Source: Torpedo marmorata (taxonomy: Eukaryota). Taken from it: DNA of 64,000 nt. Position 1 is the first letter of the stretch. The number at the start of each line of letters is the position of its first letter. The stretch lies in assembly GCA_977017645.1 (NCBI GenBank), contig OZ360232.1:58962001-59026000 (forward strand), given 5' to 3'. This document shows, in pieces, positions 1-10,661 of the stretch. A program made the position numbers and the translations under genes. Under the pieces are notes generated by a model. It ran no database searches and was not told the origin of the DNA. It was given only the letters and a program-made list of their open reading frames with translations.

Positions 1-209
1 GACACGAAGAAAGTGATCAAAGGCTTTATTGATCAGAAAGTTCGAGCATGCCTCTACATGCTGCTGGATCACGTCCATGGCAGGTATAAGGGGAGGAGAC
101 TAGGGCTCTCAGCCTTTATTAGGGGAGGTGATGGGGAGGGGCTACAGATTAGCCCCGTGAGCCAGTGAGGACATGCCCGGACATGCCCGCAGTACCGCGT
201 TCCACCACA
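1..209 (-). mobile_element. Gypsy-type LTR (partial, runs off window start)
   Basis: Minus strand begins TGTGGTGG at 209 and carries two AATAAA motifs. Architecture resembles the LTR at 63110-63342. Confidence 0.6.
169..188. promoter_or_regulatory. Perfect p53-family response element in LTR
   Basis: GGACATGCCC GGACATGCCC = two RRRCWWGYYY half-sites with zero spacer. Confidence 0.7.
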
Positions 210-580
210 AACATCAAAGTTGATTTTGTGTTGCGACAGCAATTTTCAGCAATGCCAGATTAGAGCAGCAAAAGGCCCGAATCATTTTGAAGATGAGGAC
301 TATTCAAACTATTCAATTGTGAAACCGATGGAGGTCATTGGGGTGGTCCTGGCTAAAGTGACTTCAACCTAATCCAACTTCTCAAGTAGAAGCTGCAATC
401 TCTGAAATTTTTCCCCAAGTCAGCGTGTTGTTGCTTCTCATTTGGACCAAAGAATGTTTGTGTGGGATATCATTAGAGAACTCATTGTATTGAGGAACCA
501 CATAGGTCTGGCAGGAGCCAAATTATATTTGCTAGACCATCATCAGCGTTCCCATTTTGGGTTAACATTCGAGGGAAATT

Positions 581-925
581 TGATGGGTCTGGGCCTGTAC
601 TTGCTGGATTTTAGGATGAAGGGAGATCTCATTGAAACGACTGAATATTGAAAGGGCTGCATAGAGTGGATATGAAGAAGATGTTTCTTTCAGTGGGAGA
701 GTCTAGGACCAGAGGGCACAGCCTCAGAATAAAAGGATGTCCATTTAGAACAGAGAAGAGGAAACATTTCTTCAGTCAGAGGGTGGGAATCAGTGGAATT
801 CGTGGAGGCCAAGTCATTGGGTATATTTAAAGCGGAGATTGAAAGGTTCTTGATTAGTAAGGTTTTCAGAGGTTATGGGGAGAAGGCAGGAGAATAGGGT
901 TGAGATGAAAATTATATCAGCCATG
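581..925 (+). mobile_element. Degraded CR1 LINE 3' fragment
   Basis: Translates to LGLYLLDF..RMKGDLIE, TRGHSLRIKG..FRTE..HFFSQRV, the CR1 ORF2 C-terminus also seen at 7196-7681. Confidence 0.8.
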
Positions 926-1081
926 ATTTGGTTCACATTATTTGATAGTAAGACAGTTTGCTTAATAATTAAACTCAAAGTGCAGCACGATTTTTAAATG
1001 AATGACAAAACGAGCAAACTGCAGTTTTAGTAAAAAACACAAATGCTGGAGAAACTCAGCAGGTCAAACAGTGTATTTTAT

Positions 1082-2377
1082 AAATTCTCCTATTCTTAAA
1101 CATTTGTTAGAAATATGGAATAAGACGGATAAGGAAATAGGAGGAAAAGGATTGATTTCTTCAAGGATGCCTTTATATCAAAATGGACTTATTCCATTTA
1201 CTATTAATTATCAATTATTTAAAATTTGGTTTCAAAAAGGAATTAAGAAAATAAATGATTGTTTTGAAGCTGGGAAATTTATTACTTTTCAAAGAATGAA
1301 AGATAAATTTAATATATTAGATAATACACTTTTTGCTTATTATCAAATTAGAGCTTTTCTGACTGAGAAATTAGGTTATGCTTTGATTTTACCAAGACAG
1401 AATGAATTAGAATTATTAGTTACTAAAGGAGATGTAAATAAATTTATTTCTCAAATGTATAAATTGTTTCAGAGGAAAATTCCTAAAGTAGGAATTCATA
1501 AATCAAGATTAAAATGGGAATTAGATTTGAATGTAATAATAGATGAAAATCATTGGAAAGAATTATGTAAATTAAGTATGACGAAGATTATGAATGTTAG
1601 ATATAGATTAGTTCAATACAATTTTTTTCATCAATTATATTTAACACCTAAAAAACTAAAGACATTTAATCCGACATTATCAGGTTTATGTTTTAGATGT
1701 AATAAAGAGGAAGGTTCTTTTGTACATTCTACATGGTTTTGTCCAAAAGTTTATGATTTTTGGTTGAAAGTTAAAAAATTTTTAGATAAAGTATTTAAGA
1801 TTATATTTCCAATGGATCCTATGATATTTTTGTTCGGAGATATTAAAAAATTTAGTATTAAGATGAAATTAAACATGTATCAAATAGAATTTTTGTGAAT
1901 TGCTTTAGCTGTTTCAAAGAAATGTATTGCTATTACTTGGAAATCTGATTTAGATTTAGGATTAGAAAGATGGCATGCAGAACTTCGTTCGTGTATACCA
2001 CTTGAAAAAATTACTTATAATTTACGTAATAAATATCATTTTTTCTTAAAAATTTGGAGCCCATATATGAAAGTTGTTGGTTTAAGGATTTGAAGATCTC
2101 TGGGTATCGGATCTACTGGCATACCTGACCTCCATAATAGAATTAGTTTATAGATGTATGTTTTTTTTAGATTGGCATTCTCCTTACTCTATCTTTTTCT
2201 TTCTTCTTTTTTTTCTCTTTTTCTATTTTTATTTTATATATATTTTTTTATTATATTAGTGGGGGTGGGAGGGTGGGAGGGGGGTGTGAAAATGTATCAC
2301 AAATATTTTGATAATTTCATATTTTATTTTATGTATTTTGTGATTTAAAAATTTTAAATAAAATATTTAAAAAAAAC
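1082..2377 (+). mobile_element. 5'-truncated L1/Tx1-clade LINE (ORF2 C-terminus, 3'UTR, polyA)
   Basis: CFRC..H..W.C zinc knuckle, AATAAA plus A-tail, and 13-bp TSD CAGTGTATTTTAT at 1069-1081 and 2378-2390. Confidence 0.9.
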
Positions 2378-2406
2378 CAGTGTATTTTATGTAGAAAAGG
2401 TAGAAA

Positions 2407-2450
2407 TACATAACCGACGTTTCGGGCTTGAGCCCTTCATCAAAGTATGA
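2407..2450 (-). ncRNA. Minimal type I hammerhead ribozyme motif (Penelope pLTR), inverted arm
   Basis: Reverse complement of TTGATGA-A-GGGC-TCAA-GCCC-GAAA-CGTC. Confidence 0.6.
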
Positions 2451-3112
2451 GAAAATGCCGGCAGGCATCCGAACAAAAGAGTGAGGAGGGAAGGGGGGGG
2501 TGGTGGTGGCAAAGGCAGGAGATGATAGGTGGAGAAAGGAGGGAGGGGACAGCAGCAAAGAGGGGGAGGAGGGATGGCTGGGTGGGTGGAAAAAAACAGG
2601 AAGGACAGGTGAGGGGGGAGGGGAAGGAAACGACAAGCAGGTTTAGTGGAAAGCAGAAAAGTCAATGTTAATGCCATCTGGCTGGAGAGTGCCGAGACGG
2701 AAAATGAGATGTTGTTCCTCCAATTTGCGGGTAGTCTGGGTGGAATAGTACATAAGGCTATGGACAGACATGTGAGTGTGGGAGTGTGACCCGGAATTGA
2801 AATGGCTGGCTACTGGGAGGTCGCTGTTGTTGCGGACGGAGAGGAGGTGCTCAGCAAAGCGATCTCCCAATCTACGACCGTTCTCTCCGATGTAGAGAAA
2901 GCCACAAAGGGAGCACCGGATGCAGTAAATAAGTGCTCTGGATGTACAAGTGAAGTGTAGTTTCACTTGGAAGGCCTGTTTGGGACCCCGGACCGTGGTG
3001 AAGGGGGAGGTGTGGGCGCAGGTGTTGGACCTCCTGCGAACACAGGGGAAGGTGCCGGGGGTGCGATGGGTGGAGAGGGATGAGTGCAGGAGGGAATCGC
3101 AGAGGGAGCGGT

Positions 3113-4249
3113 GGTCCCATCTACGCCTGCCTGTTTGTGGGCTTTATGGAGCAATCCATGCTGCAAGCCTACACAGGCAAGATCTCTCATCTCTTCCTCC
3201 GTTATATCGACAACTACATTGGGGCTGTCTCATGCACCTGTGATGAGCTTGTCAACTTCATCCACTTCGCATCCAACTTCCACCCCGATCTCAAACTCAC
3301 TTGGTCCATCTCCGATAACACTCTCCCCTTCCTGGACCTCTCTGTCTCCATCTCGGGAGACAAGCTTTCCACCGACATTTCGTACAAACCCTCCAACTCC
3401 CAGAACTATCTGGACTACACTTCCTCACACCCTGTCCCCTGCAAGGATTCCATCCCCTTCTCTCAATTTCTCCGTCTCCACCACATCTGTTCCCAAGATG
3501 AGGTCTTCCAGTCCAGATCTTCTGAAATGTCTGCCTTTTTCCATAAACGTGGCTTCCCCTCCATCACCATCAACTCAGCCCTCACCCGCATCTCCTCCAT
3601 TTCTCGCTCATCTGCCCTGGCCCCCTCTGCCCCCAGGCGCAACAAACATAGAATCCCCCTCATCCTCACCTACTACCCCACCAGCCTCCGCATCCAACAC
3701 ATTATCCGCCGGAATTTCCGGCACTTGCTGCAGGATCCCACCACAAGACACATTTTTCCTTCTCCTCCCCTCTTGGCCTTCCGTAGGGACCGCTCCCTCC
3801 GCGATTCACTCGTGCACTCATCCCTCCCCACCCATCGCACCCCTGGCACCTTCCCCTGTGCCCGCAGGAGGTGTAACACCTGCGCCCACACCTCCACGGT
3901 CCGGGGCCCCAAACATGCCTTCCAAGTGAAACTACACTTCACTTGTACATCCAGAGAACTTATTTACTGCATCTGGTGCTCCCTTTGTGGCTTTCTCTAC
4001 ATCGGAGAGACCGGTCGTAGATTGGGAGATCGCTTTGCTGAGCACCTCCTCTCCGTCCGCAACAACAGCGACCTCCCAGTAGCCAGCCATTTCAATTCCG
4101 GGTCACACTCCCACACTCACATGTCTGTCCATGGCCTTATGTACTATCCCACCCAGACTACCCGCAAATTGGAGGAACAACATCTCATTTTCCATCTGGG
4201 CACTCTCCAGCCAGATGGCATTAACATTGACTTTTCTGCTTCCCACTAA
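3113..4249 (+). CDS. Penelope ORF remnant: C-terminal RT + Cys linker + GIY-YIG endonuclease
   Basis: ORF 3080-4249 contains GPIYACLFVG, RYIDNY (YIDD altered), LPFLD, CARRRCNTCAH and LIYCIWCSLCGFLYIGETGRRLGDRFAEH. Confidence 0.85.
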   Translation, partial: GPIYACLFVGFMEQSMLQAYTGKISHLFLRYIDNYIGAVSCTCDELVNFIHFASNFHPDLKLTWSISDNTLPFLDLSVSISGDKLSTDISYKPSNSQNYLDYTSSHPVPCKDSIPFSQFLRLHHICSQDEVFQSRSSEMSAFFHKRGFPSITINSALTRISSISRSSALAPSAPRRNKHRIPLILTYYPTSLRIQHIIRRNFRHLLQDPTTRHIFPSPPLLAFRRDRSLRDSLVHSSLPTHRTPGTFPCARRRCNTCAHTSTVRGPKHAFQVKLHFTCTSRELIYCIWCSLCGFLYIGETGRRLGDRFAEHLLSVRNNSDLPVASHFNSGSHSHTHMSVHGLMYYPTQTTRKLEEQHLIFHLGTLQPDGINIDFSASH

Positions 4250-4435
4250 ACCTGCTTGTCGTTTCCTTCCCCTCCCCCTCACCTGTCCTTCCTGTTTTTT
4301 TCCCCCACCCAGCCATCCCTCCTCCCCCTCTTTGCTGCTGTCCCCTCCCTCCTTTCTCCACCTATCATCTCCTGCCTTTGCCACCCCCCCCCCCTTCCCC
4401 CCTCACTTTTTTGTTCGGACGCCTGCCGGCATTTT

Positions 4436-4480
4436 CTCATACTTTGATGAAGGGCTCAAGCCCGAAACGTCGGTTATGTA
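4436..4480 (+). ncRNA. Minimal type I hammerhead ribozyme motif (Penelope pLTR)
   Basis: Core TTGATGA 4444-4450, stem II GGGC/GCCC, GAAA 4464-4467, palindromic ACGT stem III, GTC cleavage triplet 4469-4471, weak stem I CATACT/GGTTATG. Confidence 0.65.
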
Positions 4481-5384
4481 TTTCTACCTTTGCTACATAA
4501 AAGACACTGTTTGACCTGCTGAGTTTCTCCAGCATTTGTGTTTTTTACTTCAACCACGGTGTCTACAGATTTTCGTGTTTTGCAAACTGCAGTTTTAACT
4601 TGAATCTATCAATAAAGTGTTTTCTGTGTTACTCAAATCGACTTTTTGCACAGCAGAACTATCAATTGTTTAACATTTCATAATTTTATTGAGGCTTTAT
4701 GCTTTGAAATGACATCATGTCCTTGTCCCCTGGTCTCAGAGCAATGAATCTTTGATTACACATGGGTCAGAAAGGAGCTGTGAATCTTAATGTCCTCCAA
4801 AACCATCTGCTCTGTCTCCTGCGATTTCAAGGGCGTGTCTGATCTGCCTTCAAACACTTTATATTGTGGGGTAATAAATTTCATTGCTCTGAATGACAAA
4901 TCTATATCAGTTATTTATGGAAACATAGAGCTAATGCGACAAGCAGCATTTGGATTATATGGAATCTGATTGTAAAAGCTGCTCCACGTAACATATTATT
5001 TCTCTGATGGTGCATCATAAATATTTTCTCTGATTTCATGAAGTATGGATATATTTAGCAAGAAAATCATGCAACTCCCACCCATAATTGACCTTTAGAA
5101 ATTGATGGTGAGTGGTAGCTCTTTCAACTGAATGAAAATCTGACTTCTTGCACCCCAGGCCTATGGACCTAGTATGTGGGATTGGTATATCACTTGCTCC
5201 TCCTTGGCGTTTTATAAAATAACAATAAAATTCATTTTATCGTTGAATAGTTAAGCAACATCATTCTCAAATCTGAATTTGTCTAAAAGATAACTGGTTA
5301 CAAAAATTAGCTCGAGAAATAGATCAAAGTCACAACTTGAAATATTTTAACTCCTAAATGTGATCTCAATCTGAAATTTGGAAA

Positions 5385-6182
5385 ATGGCTGGTGGAGACA
5401 TGGGGAGAGTGGGCGGCAGAGACACAGTGCTCCCCACGAGGTCCAACCATCCAGTCTGACTGCCATTGATGCCATACAGGCTTTAAACAGCCTGTTAAAG
5501 GAACGACGGTGTTTTATTCTAAAATCCTGCGACCCAAGAGCCTGGGCCAAGATGGCAGAGCCTATGATCAGCAGCGGCCATGAGGGGTTGCAGACTCCAG
5601 GGAAACAAAGGACAGGTGCAGGGCATCAGAAAATGAGGAGACGACCCCCCCCCCCATTTGAGAAGGAGAAGCAGAGGAGATGACCCACTGGACGGTCACC
5701 ACGGCGGCGGACCAACGAGGGGCTCTGAGGCTGAAGAACACACAGGCAGGGGTCTGTTGGTGACTCGAGGCGGGGAACCCATGCAGGCTGTGGACTGCTG
5801 GCGACTGCAGTCGAGGATCTTGCACCAGGCTGCGGACTGCTGGAGGCTGTCTCAGGACTGGCTGAAGGGGTGCCAGGTGTCGGAGATGAGAGGCGAGAGG
5901 GTGCCGAGGGCGCTGGGTGCTTCCTTATCGTGTCGGAGGTTGCCGATGGTTTGGACTGGAGGCTGTGTGGCTGCGGAGGTTGCGGGAGCACTGGAGGTGA
6001 ATCCATAGATACTCGGTGACTCTGGGGGGACTCTCTTTTGCTTCTCTTTCTCTGACTGTAAGGGGCAACGGGCAATTTCTTCTGATGGCGAATCTTTGCC
6101 TAACGGTCGAGTAAATGAAATTTCCCAAAATATTACATATTCTGTTTTATTACATGATTATAAAAGAATCTTGAATCTTGAA
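5385..6182 (+). mobile_element. Unclassified ~0.8-kb non-autonomous retroposon with Rex1-like tail
   Basis: Ends ATAAAAG(AATCTTG)2. Shares blocks GCAGAGACACAGTGCT, CAGGCTTTAA..GACGGTGTTTT and CCAAGATGG with the reverse complement of 22432-23335. Confidence 0.55.
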
Positions 6183-6525
6183 ATTCAACTCTTGATTTAC
6201 CAAATAATGCAAGCTTATTTATTTGCCAAATATGTACAATGATTATTATAATTATTAATATTGCAGTGCCCCAAACTGTCCATGTTCACTGCTGATCTGC
6301 AAAGAAAGATCCCACTTACTTTGTGTGACCCACAAGAAGGCAACTCATTTCTATTCCTTAGGCTGAGACAATGACAAAAGATGTCAAAACAAATGACTGT
6401 GTGACATTTGAAATTTCCATAAACATTCTTAAATTATTTAAAATATTCCAACTATTAAAAAGTTTAATCAAACTATTTAACTGGTAAAAATCAAAAATAA
6501 AAATATTTAAATAAACTAAATGAGG

Positions 6526-7763
6526 TAAATGAGGTGACTAGGACTGTGGATGAGGGTAGTGCAGTGGATGTTGTCTATATGGACTTCAGTAAGGCCTTTG
6601 ATAAGGTTCCGCATGGAAGGTTAGTGAGGAAGGTGCAGTCTTTAGGTATAGATTCTGAGATAGTCAAATGGATTGAACATTGGCTGGAGGGGAGAGACCA
6701 GAGAGTGGTAGTGGATAATTGTTTGTCAGGTTGGAAGCCCGTGACAAGCGGTGTGCCTCAGGGATCTGTATTGGGCCCATTGTTGTTTGTTATATATATC
6801 AATGATCTAGATGATGGGGTGGTAAACTGGATTAGTAAATATGCAGATGATACCAAGATAGGTGGAATAGTGGATAATGAAGAAGGTTTTCAAGGATTGC
6901 AGAAGGATTTGGGCTGCTTAGAAAAGTGGGCTGAAAAATGGCAGATGGAGTTTAATGCTGATCAGTGTGAGGTGCTTCATTTTGGAAAGAAGAATCAGAA
7001 CAGGACATATGTAGTAAATGGGAGAGCATTGATGAATACAGAAGAGCAGAAAGATTTAGGAATAACGGTGCATCGTTCCCTGAAGGTGGAAACTCATGTG
7101 AATAGGGTGGTGAAGAAGGCTTTTAGTATGCTGGCCTTCATCAATCAATGCATAGAATATAGGAGTTGGGAAGTGATGTTGAGATTATATAAGCTTTGGT
7201 GCGGCCTAATTTAGAGTTCTGTGTGCAGTTCTGGTCGCCAAATTATAGGAAGGATATCAACAAAGTGGAGAGAGTGCAGAGAAGGTTTACCAGAATGTTA
7301 CCTGGGTTTAAGAATTTAGAGTACAAGGAGAGATTGAGCAGATTAGGTCTTTATTCTTTGGAGCGTAGAAGGTTGAGAGGGGATTTGATAGAGGTATTTA
7401 AAATTATGAAAGGGATAGACAGAGTGGATGTGGATAGACTATTTCCATTAAGAATAGGAGAGATTGAAACAAGAGGACATGAGCTAAGAGTTAAGGGGCA
7501 GAGGTTTAGAGGTAACATGAGGGGGAACTTCTTTACTCAGAGAGTGGTAGCAGTGTGGAATGAGCTTCCGGGAGAAGTAGTGGCGGCAGAGTCAATTTTA
7601 GTATTTAAGAAAAAGTTGGACAAGTATATGGATGAGAGGGAAGTGGAGGGTTATGGGCAAGGTGCAGGTAGGTGGGACTAGATAGGAATGTTTTGGTTCG
7701 GTGCGGACTGGAAGGGCCTAATGGCCTGTTTCCGTGCTGTAATTGTTATATGGTTATATGGTT
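6526..7763 (+). mobile_element. CR1 LINE, 5'-truncated (RT domain, 3'UTR, TTATATGG tail)
   Basis: ORFs 6534-7214 and 7196-7681 (one frameshift) give YMDFSKAFDKVPH, GVPQGSVLGP, KYADD and RRRLRGDLIE. Confidence 0.92.
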
Positions 7764-8994
7764 AAATAATTTAAATATGTTATATTTCCACCTTTGCCAG
7801 ATAAAACTGAGGAATGGCTCCACTGCATAATGCTGAGGATGGTCAATATGCCTGGACAGTGTCCTTGGAATCCACATGATAAATTTGGCAGTCTGAATCT
7901 GTTAGTAAGACCAGAACTTCATCTTTTGATGGCTGTTTAAATTGTTAAATGTCAGATGTTTGGACTACCAGCAACAGCCAACAAAATCAGGCTCAAAATA
8001 TTTGTTGCCTTGCCTTGGCTAGATTTCTGCAATTCTCCAATTCTGCCCTCTTGAGCATTCCTGTGTTAATCACTCTGCTTTTGGCAGCAACGTCTTCAGT
8101 TGCCAAAGCCCTAAGATCTGTCATTCCCTTCCTCAATACTTCTCCTTTAATAAGATATTCTTTAAACCCTTCCTCCTGGACCATGCTTTTGGTCATCTGT
8201 TTATTTGGTGGAGTTTTATTATATTGAAATATACTTAACTATAAGCGATCTTCGTTGGTGGCTGAAGATTTAAGTTTTGTGACAATACATATGAGCTTTG
8301 AATTTTCACACCCTTCTCCTAATTCTCTCCTGTCAAAAAGCAAATAATCAAGAGAGGTGTTAGAGGAAGTGTATGAAGAGCCATATTTGTCAGTTAAGCC
8401 AAACTCCTGCCAGATTACCCATCTAAAAAGTTATTTTTTAAAGGCTGACTGTCATTAAAACCCAACCTTCGGCAACAGCAATGCTGCAAGGACAATTCGT
8501 GCTTGGTTTTCTAACTGTGGGTGTGTGTCAGATCAATCCACATTCAATCAAACACAAACTGTGCAATTTGTTCAGTCCAGAGTATGATAGACACTTACTT
8601 TTTGAATCTGCAAATTATTAAAAACTACTACTACTAAAGGAATGAATATACTGCTGAGTTGGGCTATGTAAAATTGGGCTGAGAAAATAATCCAGGAACT
8701 GCATTGCTCCTCCAGGCTGGTTCAGATTTCAGTGTCATAAAAAAATATAATTATGTATTCATTGTGCTGGTGAATTTTTGCTGAAAGGAGCAATACTTTG
8801 GCATTGGGATTGAATCTTTATATATTTGTAAGGGTTATGATGTAACTTTTCTTGTAATATATGTGGTGCTATATTAATAAAAGTTATGCAGGTGTTCATA
8901 TTTTTATTTAGTAAATTTGTTTTATAGTCCAAACCTAAAAAGATATCAGAGTTTATTCCCAACACCAAAAGTAATAAGAAAAATTCTGGAAATG

Positions 8995-9135
8995 AATTCT
9001 GTCGATGACCCAACTTTCCAACCCAAATTTTTCGACAATTCTTTTCCTCTCACTGAAGCTACTCGACCCATTGAGTTCCTCCAGCAGATTGTTATTTTGC
9101 TGCAGATTCCAGCATCTGCAGTCTCTTGTGTCTCC
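8995..9135 (+). mobile_element. Degraded Penelope 3' tail fragment
   Basis: TGAGTTCCTCCAGCA...CCAGCATCTGCAGTCTCTTGTGTCTCC, similar to 4515-4580. Confidence 0.55.
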
Positions 9136-10231
9136 AATTCCAATGGAAGTTTGCTAAGTAACGAGTATCCAAGATCTACACTAATCAAACCCAGCCTTAA
9201 GATAGAAGCTCAGAAATATAATACACATATCCAGTGGGACATTTGATAATTGGTTGGATTGTACTCAACTTGGCTAGCTGGCTGCGCTGAGCTTACCCCT
9301 GTGCTTTTCCCTTGCAGCACTTGCCACTTGCAGTTCTCTGGTTCCATTTCAAGGCCTGGTTGCTGCAGTAATCTCACAAAGCCACTGAACTACCATAGCA
9401 TTCATTCTTGAATGAGCAGCTCCCATTATTAGCTGGAAAAGTTTTTTCACAATGTGTACATATCTTTGTTAAGCATTTACAGCTGAAATTGCAGCTATGA
9501 GACTGAATGTTGGCAGGTACCTATTTCTGTGCTGTAGGACTCTTAAGATCTTGCAACTGCCAGGACTTAACAAGTGCTGTTCATTCAAGAATGAATGCTT
9601 CAGTGATTGCTCCCAATGGTTCAAACAGACCACTTCATGCTGATGAAGAACATTATTCACAGGAAACATGTTCTTTGTACAAGGGGCCACTTTGGGTCAA
9701 CACCAGGGCTACCGTCACATGCTGTTGCAATGTCAACCTCTGTGAAAAATAAACTGATGCAAGTACTGTCTGTGAATGTTGGCACCTTGTGGAATTCTAA
9801 AATACCAGCCAATGCCAGTTCCTGCTTCTCCTGCTCCCATGGTTGAAGGAAATGTGGATGAAAACTTTTCTCCATGTGTTTTAAGATAGAGTGACCTCCC
9901 TAATGCAGCTGGGAGCTGCAGACTATGAGATGTAACAGGGATCAGCAGCGGCAGAGATCACAGCAGCATCGCAAATGATGTTTAGGCTAGAAAGGTGACC
10001 TTCATGGACAATACACTCAAAGTATATTTGTGGGCTGGCATTTCAGGTCACAGAATGCAATGATAACAAAGAAAGCAAAATGTGTTCTGGTTCTGTCAAG
10101 AGCTTCAGGGAAAACACAATTAGTGAAACCTGGTTGTTATGTCAGCAAATAAGATTACTTCAGGTTGAAAATCATGTTAGACACAAATCTTGGACATTGC
10201 ACTGCCAGTGATATCACCTGGGGTGTTTTAT

Positions 10232-10348
10232 ACCAGCATTTCAAGAAGGCAGCTCATTACCACTTTCTCAAGGACAATTAGAGATGGGCAATTACATGCT
10301 GGCTCTGCCTGCAAATGCAAAACCGAAATCCCTTGAATGAATAAAAAA
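10232..10348 (+). mobile_element. Old LINE (CR1/L2-like) 3' end
   Basis: TTCAAGAAGGCAGCTCA..CTTTCTCAAGG..CAATTAG.GATGGGCAAT..ATGCTGGC ending in TGAATGAATAAAAAA; recognised from memory as an elasmobranch LINE tail. Confidence 0.5.
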
Positions 10349-10661
10349 TATTTCTAGCACCAAAATCCCACGAAGAAAGCAAAGGTTGAGTGGATGTATT
10401 TCTCACCAACGCGAAGAGAACCAGAAATGGGTACATTTATTTTCTATTCTAAGGCTAAAGCCTGTTTTCAACTCCATTTTCTTCGGTGTAATGAGAAGGA
10501 ATATAAAGACTTTTAAAAAAACAATCACTGAAGCACAGCAGATATTGCAACAATTTCTGATATTTGATGTCTACTCAATAGTTGAGTTACATTGGATTAC
10601 AATAGTAAATTGAGCTTAAGTGCCCACAAAAAAATTGTGTTGCTTTGCAGATTACTGTATA

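Larger units (their letters stand above)
1030..4581. mobile_element. Penelope-like element (Neptune-type) inserted as an inverted pair, interrupted by an L1
   Basis: 16-bp TSD GCAAACTGCAGTTTTA at 1014-1029 and 4582-4597. Minus arm 1030-1081 plus 2378-~3112; plus arm ~3113-4581; the arms are reverse complements. Confidence 0.9.

Noticed and set aside
1002-1898. 298-aa ORF as a chimeric gene
   Set aside because: The N-terminus is chance read-through from flank and Penelope tail into a truncated L1 ORF2 that has a premature stop.
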